Below, in pieces: positions 1-11,622 of a DNA stretch of 64,000 nucleotides (positions are counted from its first letter, which is position 1; every line of letters starts with the position of its first letter). The position numbers and the translations under genes are program-made. Origin of the DNA: Massalongia carnosa (taxonomy: Eukaryota); contig OZ287072.1 of assembly GCA_965645245.1 (NCBI GenBank), positions 2,728,001-2,792,000 of the forward strand. The letters run 5' to 3'. A model generated the notes under the pieces. It saw only the letters and a program-made list of their open reading frames with translations. It made no database searches and was not told the origin of the DNA.

Positions 1-2396
1 TATGCACGTGGCACGCAGCGGAGGCAATCAAGAAACGCCTGATCAGGGCGGGTTCATATCCTTTAGAAGTACGGAAAGAACTGCATGAATTGATATGGGA
101 GTGGATCAAAACTCCTACCGTTGAACAGCTGGATGAGAAGAGAAACGCGTTGATATTGAAGCTTCATGCTTCAGAAAAGGTATGAAGCCATCAAAAAACG
201 TTAATAAGGGCTAACTCACTCCTATTTCCAGGAGTATTTTACTAGCTATTATCAACGTCAGGAGTGTCAGTTTGTTTCCGCATACACCAGAAAGTTCGCT
301 AATTTAGGTGCACATAGCACACAAAGGGTGGAAGGTTTGCATCCGTTGGTAAAGAATGTTGTCATGAAATGCCTCCGACCTCACCACGTGCCTCTATCAC
401 GTGCCTTGATCTGATGACTACTCACGGACGTCGTGCCATGCCTTCGGGACCCTCATATCATTCTTCGAATTCGCCGATTACTGATCATTAATCAGCCTCG
501 CATTGATGATTTATTCCCGTCTTTCGACTATTATCATGTCTAATAGCTTCGCATTGATGTTTGACATCTCCCGTCTCCTCGCTGACCCCATCGTGCTTAT
601 TGCCGCTATAATGCCCCTCATTCATCATCGCACTGACTAGACATCATTCGCCGCCACCCTAGAAAGATGAATATGGGAGGACAAAGATATAAGAAAGAAG
701 TCGAATCATGGAAGTTCTGATTCTTTGTCGAATGTCTTGAATAGCCAACCTAGCCTAGCCTAGATTCATAGCTATAGACTCAATCAATAAGCTTGACCAT
801 CAACCCACCTTGCCTTTGCCCTTGCCCTCGACCTGATTTCGTGACAAATGTTACAAATAGGCATACACCTATTAAGGACTCGGTGCGGAAAATATGCGAA
901 ACAGTGCAAAGGGTTCAGGTTGACTACGAAATATCAACCAATCATCAACGAATCAACAACCCCCGGCTAATGGATAGAAGTGCGTTCAAAGACCTTATAG
1001 GTTTAATAACTCATCATGCTATTGACCTCATATCTAGAGAGTTGGATGCAGCTAAAATTTTAGCCGAAGATTTCAATCAACAGGTTTCTTTTGGAGTTGA
1101 AGGGACTGCATTAATCGAACCAACCGGTGAGGATTGTATGTATGATTGTGATTTGCCTCTACGATACGGCCTTCCGTGCAGATGCTGGTTGTATCGTTGC
1201 GTCATTGATGTTATCCCCATACCTATCTCCCTCATTCATCCCCGCTGGTTTTTCGATGGCCCGCCTTTTGTGGTCTCGTGGAGCATGGTTTTCGACCCCA
1301 CCATAAATTTCGCTGAGATGTTTCGGAGAGCAGCTCACAGGAAGACCACAGAAGAGCAGGATGAGGAGGCGGATGAGGGGGGGAATGCTCAACAAAGTCA
1401 AGAATCTGAGCCGGAGGAGGAAATCGAGAAGGCAGTTGACAATAATACCGGGGATAGATTTCGTCGCGGGGGTGTTGATTTGCTGCATGCGGCCGCACAT
1501 CAATCAATTGATTTTCATAAATCAATAGAAAATGTGCATAGAAGGGAGGGATACGCTCGTGAATTCGCCAAATTCACTGCTATTTTCAATAAAAAATGGC
1601 AGGATAAGGAGCTGGCGAGGCCACTTATCCCTACAACTTTCCCCGACGAAATCCGACCGAAGGACAACCTCATGTATAAAAAGAGTGGGAGTCGCTGGCG
1701 GGCTTACACTGGCCGTGAGGCAGCTGAGGCAGATGAAGCTAAGCAGCGACGTGCTAAACGTAAGGACTCGATTGAAGAAGGGAGGAGAAGAAGGCATGAG
1801 GATGAATTGCGGGCAGGCGGTGAAGACAAGGGTATGATTGATGATTCAAAACCCACGATATCAGCAAATCGATCGATGTAGCGCGGCTAATATTCGGTAT
1901 AGATTCCGGAGATGCTATCATCGTATCTGACGATGATGCCCTGCAATATATAGCAACTCAGCCTACCCCCGATCCTCCACTCTCTCTGAATGAGAATGAT
2001 GATTTTATCCCTCCATCCCCGGCATCTTCTTCCGATTCATTTGAAGATATTGATGAAGTGCTGGCGAAACATAGCCAAAAGGCTCTTTCCCAAACTGTTC
2101 CCTCTCCAAAAGCTCCTTCCCTTTATAGCCTCAGTCAAAAAAACATCCGCGCTAGCCAGCTACCATCCACATCGTCTGCAACAACAACACGAGGGTCACG
2201 GGGTGTGGTAGCCAAAAAATCGAAGGCTCAGTTGGAGTTGGAGTCTCAGCAGAGAGCCGACCAAGCGGCCAAACAAGCAAGGGCTGAGGAGAGGAAAAAC
2301 GCAGCTGCAAGAAAGGTTGCTAAGACTATGAAGCCTAGAAAGGATAATGTTTCGCAATTGAGTGATGCATTTTCAGAATTGAGATCATCGCAATGA
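1..2396 (+). pseudogene. MULE transposase, C-terminal part, interrupted by a solo LTR
   Basis: CTWH and TQRVEG motifs, SWIM-like CMYDC..GLPCRC; predicted introns 180-231 (GTATGA..GCTAAC..CAG) and 1832-1902 (GTATGA..GCTAAT..TAG), the second joining in frame to ORF 2058-2396. Confidence 0.85.
360..846 (+). mobile_element. Solo LTR (487 bp) inside MULE copy 1
   Basis: Termini TGTCATGAAAT...ATTTCGTGACA; 5-bp TSD AATGT (355-359, 847-851); the equivalent site in MULE copy 2 (~21920) is empty. Confidence 0.92.
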
Positions 2397-2602
2397 GTGG
2401 TAGGAGTAGTAGTAATAGTAGTAGTATGAATAGATGAGGATTTTTCAGAATGCGGGGCTAAGCTAAATCAGCTAGAGGAAGCTTGCGGAGAGACGGTGGA
2501 CGTGCACATATTTAGTATGGGGAGGTGGCTTGTAGCTAGTCCTAATTTGCAATGATTTTCGCTGGGGGGATGGTGGGGGGGGGACTGTCCCGAGTCTTCT
2601 CG

Positions 2603-2995
2603 GCAATACTAAGCCATCAGCAATCAGCCTTACCCTTTTGTTAGGCAGCAACTGAAGCTATTCAGATAAGCCTCGATCTCATGGGAGGCCTGGGACGCCT
2701 AGGAGACCTCAGCTGAAGGCAACAAGGCTATCTGCTAGACCTCAGCTGAAGGCAACAAGGTTATCTGCTAGACCTCAGCTGAAGGCAGCAAGGCTATCTA
2801 CTAGACCTCAGCTGAAGGCAACAAGGCAGACAGGTAACCAGACAAGTAGTTAGTAAATAGGACCCCAAGGGGTATATAGAAAGCTCGATTCCTATCTTCA
2901 GGGAATCAGCTTTTAGCTTTAGCACCTACCAATCTATTAGCAGTCACACTGAGCATTATAACCCATAAGGACTAGTGTCTACTGTCCCTCTTATA
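2603..2995 (+). mobile_element. 3' part of a solo LTR split by the MULE (33-bp repeat LTR family)
   Basis: Matches 24321-24743 plus 29842-29877; ends CTCTTATA followed by GCTTT; its 5' part lies inverted at 23590-23701. Confidence 0.85.
2705..2828 (+). repeat. 33-bp tandem repeat x4 (GACCTCAGCTGAAGGCAACAAGGCTATCTGCTA)
   Basis: Read directly; the same unit occurs x6 at 24423-24612. Confidence 0.95.
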
Positions 2996-3157
2996 GCTTT
3001 ATACATAACGCAACGAGATGATCAAATGTGTTTTTATAATCCTGAAAATTTTGACAAGTATACCTCTTGACTTTCAAATTCACGATATGATGACTTTCAT
3101 TATCATAACAATATTATCGCAAAAAGAACGAGAATTTTAAGCAATATACTCGATAGA

Positions 3158-5060
3158 TGTTACGGTTCAACCAGGATTTGTGTGACGAGGCGGCAACGGG
3201 TAGGCCTATTCAGGTGGTGATGGTGGTGGCATTGCTAGTTATGACTATACTAGATAGACAAGACGAACACAAGGAAGAAAGCATCAATTGCTGCAGAGAT
3301 TTTCCATGTATCTCCCGGAACCTATTTCCCTACCTGAATGCGGTTAGCTCCCCACTAAGGCTTACGCGATATCTAAAACATTTAGCGTGTCGGGAGGTAT
3401 CGCTTAGCAGAGCATCTCGCGCTCACACCATGACAGTAGCTCCCCCTTCAAGGCCTGCTTCCACGCAGGCTTTATAGCTTCAGGACGGTGTGAGCTATCG
3501 TGGCTTGGCTGGGTATCGTTGATGAAATTCTGCTACCCTTTCCTTGGCGTTAGTAACATACTCAGCATACTCCCAGGTGGGGTCGTTCTAGCCCGTCCAT
3601 TGCACCAGGTACTTTAGGCGGTTTCGAACTTTCTTGGAGTCAAGAATTTCTTCAACCTCGTATTCTTCTTCGCCTTCGACTTCAACAGGTGGTGCGGGAG
3701 GGGGGATGTGATCGGGATGAGGGTGTTGCGGCACGGGCGAGAGAAGGAATACGTGGAACACAGGATGAATTTTCATGCCGGGGCGCAGCTCGAGTTGATA
3801 CGCGTATTTGCTTACCACCTTAGATATCTTGAATGGACCCAGATTTTTCCAGTCGAGCTTTCGAGCAGGTCTTTGAGTACGGATGTTCTTAGTACTCAAC
3901 CATACTTCGTCTCCTGCTTGGTAACTTGGTGCTGGTACACGATGTTCATTGGCTCCAGGCTCGTACCTGGCTTGCGCGAACTTCATCTCTTCCTGTAGCA
4001 CGGACGAGATATCTTGCATCTTCTTGGCGAACTCCCCTGCGTTTAGACTGGCTGGGGATCGAGAGGGCTCAATCGATTCGAATCCCATTCTCGGATGAAA
4101 TCCCATCTCGGCCAGGAATGGGCTGCACCCAGTCGTCTCGGACACTACATTGTTTCCTGTGAATTCTGCCATGGGTAACCAACTTGCCCAATCGTCTTGA
4201 AGATAGTCCGTGTAGCTTCGAAGGTACTGTTCCATGGAGGCGTTTACTCGCTCGGTTTGACCGTCCGTTTCTGGATGGAAGGCCGTTGATAACAGGCAAT
4301 TGATACCCAGTAGTTGACAGAGCTTTTTCCAAAATTCCGATACAAAGAGCACTCCACGATCCGATACTACGGTGCTCGGCAACCCGTGTAGTTTCCAAAT
4401 ATCTCGAAGAAAGAGTTCAGCAGTTCCTGAGCATTGATCGTGGTGAGGCATGGAGAGAAGTGCCGTCGTTTCGATAGACGATCGACCACCATTAATATGG
4501 CGTCGAACCCACTACTTTCTGGAAGCCCAGTCACGAAGTCCATCGAAATATCTTGCCAGCGGCGCTCCGGGACGGGCAACGGTTTCAAGACTCCCATTAT
4601 TCCTTGACGAGAGGGCTTGCTTCTTGCACAAACTTGACAATGTTGCACGTACCTTGCTACGAACTGATAGAATCGTGGCTAGTAATAGTGACGTTGCAGA
4701 AGATCAAAGGTCTTGGCTCGACCGGGATGACCGGCTACAGGGCTATCGTGAACGGACTTGCAAAGTCTCATCTTCAGGGCGTGTAAGTCCGGAACGTATA
4801 TCTTTCCTCGATAGTGCAGTTGGCCATCCATCTCTGTGCACTCTGCCAGCGAGATTTCCTTGGAGTGTCTTGCACCTGATCGTAATAATTCCAGAATTCT
4901 CATCGGAAAGAGGTCCTTTTCCAATGATTCTTGCCATAATTCTTCCAAGGTCTTGATTTCATCCTGATCTGAGACGATTTCCAGAGGTTCACTTTGTTCT
5001 GAGGCTTCAACATTTTCTTCGAGAGGTTCATCTGCTAATCCGTTCGCTAGAAGTTGTGGA
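3158..5060 (-). mobile_element. Ty3/Gypsy chromovirus, 3' fragment (3' LTR 3158-3435, PPT, integrase, chromodomain)
   Basis: LTR TGTTAC...ATGACA with adjacent CTCCCCCTT (PPT on minus); broken ORFs with [31 protein letters not shown] and [12 protein letters not shown]. Confidence 0.9.
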
Positions 5061-5114
5061 ATTGACTATCTACTGGGAAGCTATGCACTAGAAAATATCA
5101 AAGATGCAGAAAGG

Positions 5115-6806
5115 AAACAAGCAAAAGTCAAGTTTCGGTGACAAGTTCATGAATCATGCTGCGGAATTGCCGCATGCTGAATTGAATTTTTGGGTACACA
5201 ATCTGATCCCCAATCCAATCAATATAACCTGCACTGGTGGTGTTGTAATGATTCTCATCCCGTACGTGCGTAAATCCAACATCCATTGCATGGGACTGTG
5301 ACTGCCCCGAATCATAAATCTATTCATCATGTCTCGAACTCGTCCCAAACATCCCTTGTCGTCGGTCGCGAACCCCTCGTGTTCCGACTCGTCCTCCTCG
5401 TCGCTGTCACGGTTCTCGCTCAACCACTCCCTCATCTGTGACACTGAATCCGGCATTTCTGCTCGTTCCTCCTCGTCACTGTTCTCCCATGCATGCTGCA
5501 CTACCATCATGCGTGGCAACTTGATCATCCGTGACAATATGGATGGCTATCGATCGGGTCCTAACCATCGATCCTCGTCCACTCCCAACACCGCCACCGC
5601 GTTCACCGATGGGCTGTCTTATTCGGTGCGTGTGATGCGTTGATCCAGTAACGCAACGCAAAAATCCAAACATAATTCATCAACCCGACTCAATCCGGCC
5701 TCTTCATAAATGGGGCGGTCTGTCTCTTCAACATCTGGGATTTCCACCGCTGACGACGTTGATTCGACTTCCTCATTTTCTTCCTCGGCCCTTTCAATGG
5801 CGGTGCAAAATCCTCTCCATGCTCGTTTCTGGGCTGGCGTGAATCGATATGGCGGGCTACTCTCGCTGCCTTGGGGCCGCGCACGGGTAAAAAACATCAT
5901 TACCTGCTTCCATGGTCGACTGTGATCTTGGATGGATTGGTTGTCCATGTATGGTTGCAACGGCGTGTATTCCTGACAGCTGTGGCCTTTGCGCACTGTT
6001 TCCATGCGCACAAAAACCCCCACCCGGGAAATGATGGTTTGCTGACAATGTCTGATCATGCCATCAAATGACGTCCACATTTCACTGATGCTCGGTTCCT
6101 CTGCTGAGTCGGGTGGAGCCACTAATCTCATCAACGCCGGCCGTTCGAATCCTGTCAAATACTTCAACCACCCAGTTCTCTCCAACCATGGGTTCAACTC
6201 CGTCTGCTCTCCCTCCTGGATCATCCTTCGTTCTTTTTCTTTGACTGCCATCATAGCCTGACTCATGGTCTGTCGCGCTTGACTCTGCACGTTAATTCCA
6301 ACTCTCGCATTCGTTCTGGACGCCGATCCTGCATTAACTATCTCTATAAAATGTGATCCTTGACTGTGAACGAAAAACCACTGACATGTGACGATTCGCC
6401 ATGGCTTGGGAGTCGGGTTTGGCGTGAAAAGCTTATTGGGTCTTCCCTTTCGCGCTTGCGCCGACCATCCATGCTTTTGCTTGCTATGCATTCTCCTGCC
6501 GTTTTCATTGCGACAAATGTATTGACATCTAATCGGTTCCATTTCACATAATATACCATCGGAATACACCGGCAATGTACGGACGGGACTATCGATTCGA
6601 ATGGGCATCTTTAATTCAACAGGATTTTGAATCAAATTGGGCCATGATTGCGCCGACTCCGCGATGAGTGCGGCTTCCCTGCTTTTCATGCGATGCTGCG
6701 GGCCTTGAAAATGGGACTGCACCTGAGCGGGCCAAATGACGTGTTGACATTTGCGACACACGATCATTCGTCACTCGCTCAAATTTTCAATGAGTAATGC
6801 GCTCAT
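5115..6806 (-). pseudogene. DUF3505 (OrsD)-like zinc-finger protein, resembling the N-terminus of fungal telomere-linked/RecQ-type helicase genes; frameshifted and 3'-truncated
   Basis: IVCRKCQH...HFQGPQH, second C2H2-like C..C..H..H, NPWLERTGW, SPMQWMLDLRTYG, YPKIQFSMRQFRSMIH; family assignment is from motif recall. Confidence 0.65.
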
Positions 6807-9800
6807 GATGATGATGCTGATAATTGCGAATTCGGAGATGAATTTTTCATGATATGGGTTCTCGCTTATCCGCGAAGTGCGCGCAAGCGGGATCTCATGT
6901 TCAATGAAGCCGAGTTGTTTTATTGGATTTACTACTTCATATTAATGCGACATTGTTAGTTCCTGCAGATTCGGAATCGCCGAATGAAACTGTACAATTT
7001 ATATATACAATATGTCTCGCGGTACTCATCATCTGCTGATGTTGAGAGGCGGCAAGGTTTGATGTTCCTGTACTTTCGCCGCTCAAAAGCTCCTCCAACA
7101 CCCTTTACGCCGCGATTTTCTAAAATCGGCAAATGGTCGAAACTTTTCCGTTGAAATAATTGTTGAAATTTCGAAGCTGGGCTCCCTGCTCTAAGTTTTC
7201 GGAAGAAATCTGGACGTTTCTTGTAAATTAATTGGTGTGGTCGAAATTAATTGAATGGGACCTCCCCAGATGAGAAGTACGCCGCTTAATTTAAGAGTTT
7301 TATTGAATAGGACCACCAATTCAATTAAGCATATGGGATAGGAACATCCTCTTCATGTCACGGTAGCAGAACCTAAACTCTGCAGGCAGCTTTGCACCTT
7401 CGCGTCTTAGCTCCTTAGTCTGCTTGTTGATCTTGTGCATGGCCTACCAGATATCTGCGTCAAACTGCTCGAGGTTAAGAACGTGAAGGTACTCCAGCCA
7501 GGACTTCAGCAATCGAGGGTTCTCCTGCACATTGTACGTCTCATACCATGACGCCGCTTGGTTGAAACGAATGAAGGCGTCGCGGAGATCCTTTACTGCT
7601 CTCCACCTCCGCTTATACTCCTCGTGCATAAGCATGTTCCCAACCAGTATATTCTCACCATGTGGTGCTGCTAGTCGCCACGTCTCCCAGTTGATCTTAG
7701 GCTTGAACCACCCTAACCCGGATAGCTCTATACTCTCCTTCATCCCGAGTCCTTCCTTGACGATGATCTTCCCTTCTTGGACAACCCTCCACCGGTCCTT
7801 AAACAGTAGGGACTCTCGCGCCAGCATATTTCCACCGAAGCAGAAGCGGAGTCCCCGCAGCGCAACAATCATGATGATGGTCTCAGGCAGGGAGTACGTC
7901 TTAGCTGTGTGGGCAAGAACATGCTCGAACAGGAAGCAGTATTTGGGATCTGGGCGTGGAGGAGGCATACAAAGTCGATTGTAGGTACAATGTAATATGC
8001 CAGTGGAGACGGGGTATCTGCTATGTCGCCTGCGTCGTAGAGGTCCCACTGGCACCGCTGTTCATATATCTCCTCCATCATGGTTAGGGATATCCGATGT
8101 TCTTCCCTCACTCCATAAGACTTCCAGCGACTGTCCATGAGGTTTGCATAAGCCCGCTTCTTGCTGTGGAGATAGGCAAACTCTCACACGCCCCTAGAGA
8201 ACGTGATACCTCCGCCCTCCTGTTGCAGAGAACGCACATATCCAGGGTCCAGGGCTAGGTTCTCCACCGAGTCGTTAGTAAAGACGTACACTTTCGAAGA
8301 GTCGAATAGAGTCTTGGCGAGCATATAGAACTGAGAATTTATCAGCCCATCCTTGGTCTCGTCACCCTGCGGTACAGCAAACAGCGTCTGGCTCATCGTA
8401 TCTCGCACGGTAGCCCAGAGTACGCTTCGGGTTCCCTTTAGCCTTGCTTCCATCCGGGTTGAGGACCATCCTCGTCCTGCAATACTCATCTAGGCAGCAC
8501 TTCTTCCACAGGAACACCTCGGCTTCGTGGTTCTCTGGTATCTGATCAAAGGAAGCGCGCTGTCCTATGAGGTGATCTACTTTGCAATGTCCACAAAGGT
8601 GCGATCTAGGTTGTAGAATTCCGGATCTGCTGCATCCAGCCACTGCCTCTTCCAGCCATTGTATGCTTCAACCAAACCAGTAGAGTCATTAGTTGCCAGC
8701 TTGGTGTTCTTGGAATGCGTGAACAGTGTTGCGCCTTGGAACCGATGAATCCCAGGATTCTCATCTATGGTCCTAACAATCAAGGTCCTGAGCTCATCGA
8801 GGTACCGCGGCTGGATCGTATGGGCAACTAACTGCTGGATGGCAGACTCCTTCCGTTTGAGGCTCTCTTCAGATATCGCCGTGGATGCAAGGTCGGCTAT
8901 GCGAGAAGAGGCCGGATAGTTCAGCAGTATGTTGGAAGACTTAACAGCCTTGGTGATACAGGGAAGTAGGATGCCATCCAATCAGAGCTGCTCGTCGCGC
9001 TTACTGAGATACGAGGTATGCTCATGATCGCTTTCTTTGTGCAGGGCGGGAAAGAAGATAAACATGAGAAGATCGCTCATGCCAACCACGCGCCCAAAGC
9101 AGTAGTGGGATATCTTATGCAGCGGGACATATCTTAGGGATGGATTGTCCTTGATCGTGGAACCTGGGGCCTTCAACAAAGTGTATGTCGCCCGTGAGAT
9201 TGAGGACGGGATGGGCCTTGGGGAACCACTCTATCCCGCGACGGGCAAACCCGAGACTCTGGGGGAAACAACAGGTGCTGTCGATGTCAAAACTGATCCT
9301 TGGTTGACGATTCTTCCGACTTGTAGCGTGTTTCTTGGACAGGCAAAGACTTGGAGGTAGTCCATCGTTATGGGGAGTGGCTTCGTCCAGGCGAGCACTA
9401 GCAGTGCCTTCGAATGCCGCCTTGTAGCCGACGCCCTGGATATCGGTGGCTCTCATCAGTCGGAGGCTTTTGAGGACATCGGGAAGCGGAGTGCCCCCAT
9501 TGTGTAACCCTTTAACAATGGAAAGAATATCAGGTATGGATGAGCACTCTGAGTGCACACCTCGGCGTTCGTGGTGTTCTTCATACTGGCGATCGGCTTC
9601 GATATGCTGCTCATGAGTGCAGTACCGGAATTTACGTAGCTGCTTTGCCAGCTTAGAAGATGTGCTCTCTAGTTGACCAAGGCTCGGATTTGCGATGTGG
9701 GCACTCTGCGCGCTACGCGGTGCTTGCTGTACTGCTGGTTGTAGACTTTGGCCTAGGGGGGGTTCTCTTGAAGGCACGGGTGGTGGTGCTTCGACGGATC

Positions 9801-9841
9801 CAGCAGGTTGATGAAGATCCGAGGGCGTAGGTGTAGATATA

Positions 9842-11176
9842 CAGTCCCTTGCCAAAAGTCTGCGGCCCAACCCGTGATTTTCGTGATTTCGCGTTTTCAA
9901 CTCATCAACTCCCCATCTTCCACCTCATCATTTCACCATGCTTCGTGCTTCTGTGACCCCCATAAGTTGTAATCGGCCTCGTAACACTGAATTGACGCCA
10001 TATCAACGTGGTATGATTGTTGGGGCCCAAGCGTTGGGGCACACACCGACCGAGATTGGGAAGACTCTTAATTTCACTAAATCGACCGTGCAGAGCACCA
10101 TTCAGAAGCACTCAATTCGCAACGACGGCGTGTCTAAATCACGTTCTGGACGGCCTGAAGTGCTGTCAGAAAGCGATCGACGTTATATCATCAAGCATGC
10201 ACGAATCAATCCACGAATCACTTATGCACAAATCAAACTAGAAGTGGGGCTCGGCTGCAGTCGTACGACCATTTATCGGGCACTCAAACTGTATGGTTTG
10301 ACCAACTGGGTGGCTAAAAAACGACCTTTATTGACGCCTGAGGTGGCCAAGAAACGATTGGATTGGTGCTTGCTGCGGCGTGAGTGGACTTTTGAGCAGT
10401 GGTCAAGAGTTATATAGTCAGATGAGTGCTCGGTGGAAAAGGGGTCAGGAAAACAGCGTCAGTGGGTGTTCAGATTGCCGAAAGAAAAATGGAATAAAGA
10501 GATGATACAACCTGTCCCCAAAGGCAAAGGAGTCAGTGTCATGGTCTGGGCAGCTTTTTGGGGAGATGACAGGTCAGATATTTACAAATTGGCTCGTGAT
10601 TTTGCTGCGAAGAAGATGGGGTACTCGGCGAACTCATATCTGGAATTATTGAACGATAATCTGCTTGGAATTTGGCAACCGGGCCTCATTTTCATGCAGG
10701 ATAACGCACCTATACATAAGGCTAAAAAGGTGATGGAATGGTTCAATGAGAACGGCATAGAGGTCATCGATTGGCCCCCCTATTCACCTGATTTAAATCC
10801 CATCGAGCACGTTTGGTATGTGCTCAAAAAAGCTCGTCTATCAAGTCAACCCGAACATAGATTTGGTGATCGGCAGTGATGAAACTGTTCGTGAGGTACT
10901 TTGGAAAGCGTTAGAAGCCTGGACGTTGATAGATGTGAAAATGATGAGGAGGTTAATAGAGAGCATGAATAGGGGGTAAAAGCGTGTATAGCGTCGGAAG
11001 GATGGTATACTAAATATTAAAAATCAATTTTTGGGAGAATTCTTGTTTAGTATGTATGTAATCATTATGTAAAGTTTCAAGACATTTCAGCAATCGTGAC
11101 GTGGTTGATTGTTGATTGAATAGAATGATTGAAATGTTGGTGGGGTACGGGGCCGCAGACTTTTGGCCTAGTACTG
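9842..11176 (+). mobile_element. Tc1/mariner element (1335 bp)
   Basis: TA on both sides; ~27-bp imperfect TIRs CAGTCCCTTGCCAAAAGTCTGCGGCCC / GGGCCGCAGACTTTTGGCCTAGTACTG. Confidence 0.95.
9938..11020 (+). pseudogene. Tc1 DD34E transposase
   Basis: HTH, GRP, (W)SDE, QDNAPIH, SPDLNPIE with 34 residues between D and E; stop at 10415-10417 and frameshifts near the 3' end. Confidence 0.93.
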
Positions 11177-11418
11177 TAGCAATGCTTGGAGATGGGCGTG
11201 AAGTGGGCGAAGTAGGGTTAGAATCGACACCTGTCAACGGCTTCATCCATAATAATAGCGTGTTTCTCTGCGTTGGGAACGAAGTCCCACGTCTACTACT
11301 GGTGCTACTTGACTGAGCCTTGGAAGTCCTGCTGTGATTACGTTGTGTATCTGCAGTATGCGGTGAACTACCCTGTTGTATATCTGTATTCGGTGGACTA
11401 TGAATTGGTGTGCTGTTG

Positions 11419-11519
11419 CGAGAAGACTCGGGACAGTCCCCCCCCACCGTCCCCCTAGCGAAAATCATTCCAAATTAGGACTAGCTACAAGCCACCTCCC
11501 CATACTAAATTATTAGGTG
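11419..11519 (+). mobile_element. Isolated 5' TIR of a third MULE copy
   Basis: CGAGAAGACTCGGGACAGTCCCC...CATACTAAATTATTAGGTG matches the 5'-type end at 23489-23589. Confidence 0.85.
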
Positions 11520-11622
11520 AGATGGTTCTATGTCACGTGAGGCCCCTGAGTCAAAGTAAATTAAGAATCACCCTCTGAAAATTCTTTCATCATTCACTTC
11601 TTCTCACTCGGCCTCATCCATC

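Larger units (their letters stand above)
1..2602 (+). mobile_element. MULE/Mutator DNA transposon, copy 1 (5' part outside window)
   Basis: Near-identical to the inverted copy at 20768-22278; ends in a ~93-bp TIR (2510-2602, ...GGGACTGTCCCGAGTCTTCTCG) followed by GCAATACTA (9-bp TSD). Confidence 0.9.
7345..11418 (-). pseudogene. Large uncharacterised protein gene, fragmented and interrupted by the Tc1 element
   Basis: Collinear minus-strand ORFs 11418-11177, 9839-9115, 9179-8982, 8981-8577, 8643-8362, 8489-8184, 8138-7869, 8055-7444; removing Tc1 restores the frame (..PSIA|ISTPTP..). Confidence 0.7.

Noticed and set aside
793..846. N-terminus of ORF 793-1881 (MTINPPCLCPCP)
   Set aside because: Read from the solo LTR, not part of the transposase
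5055..5143. Apparent tiny LTR TGTGG...TGACA
   Set aside because: The TGACA lies within DUF3505-like coding sequence (HELVTET) and the two flanks belong to different elements
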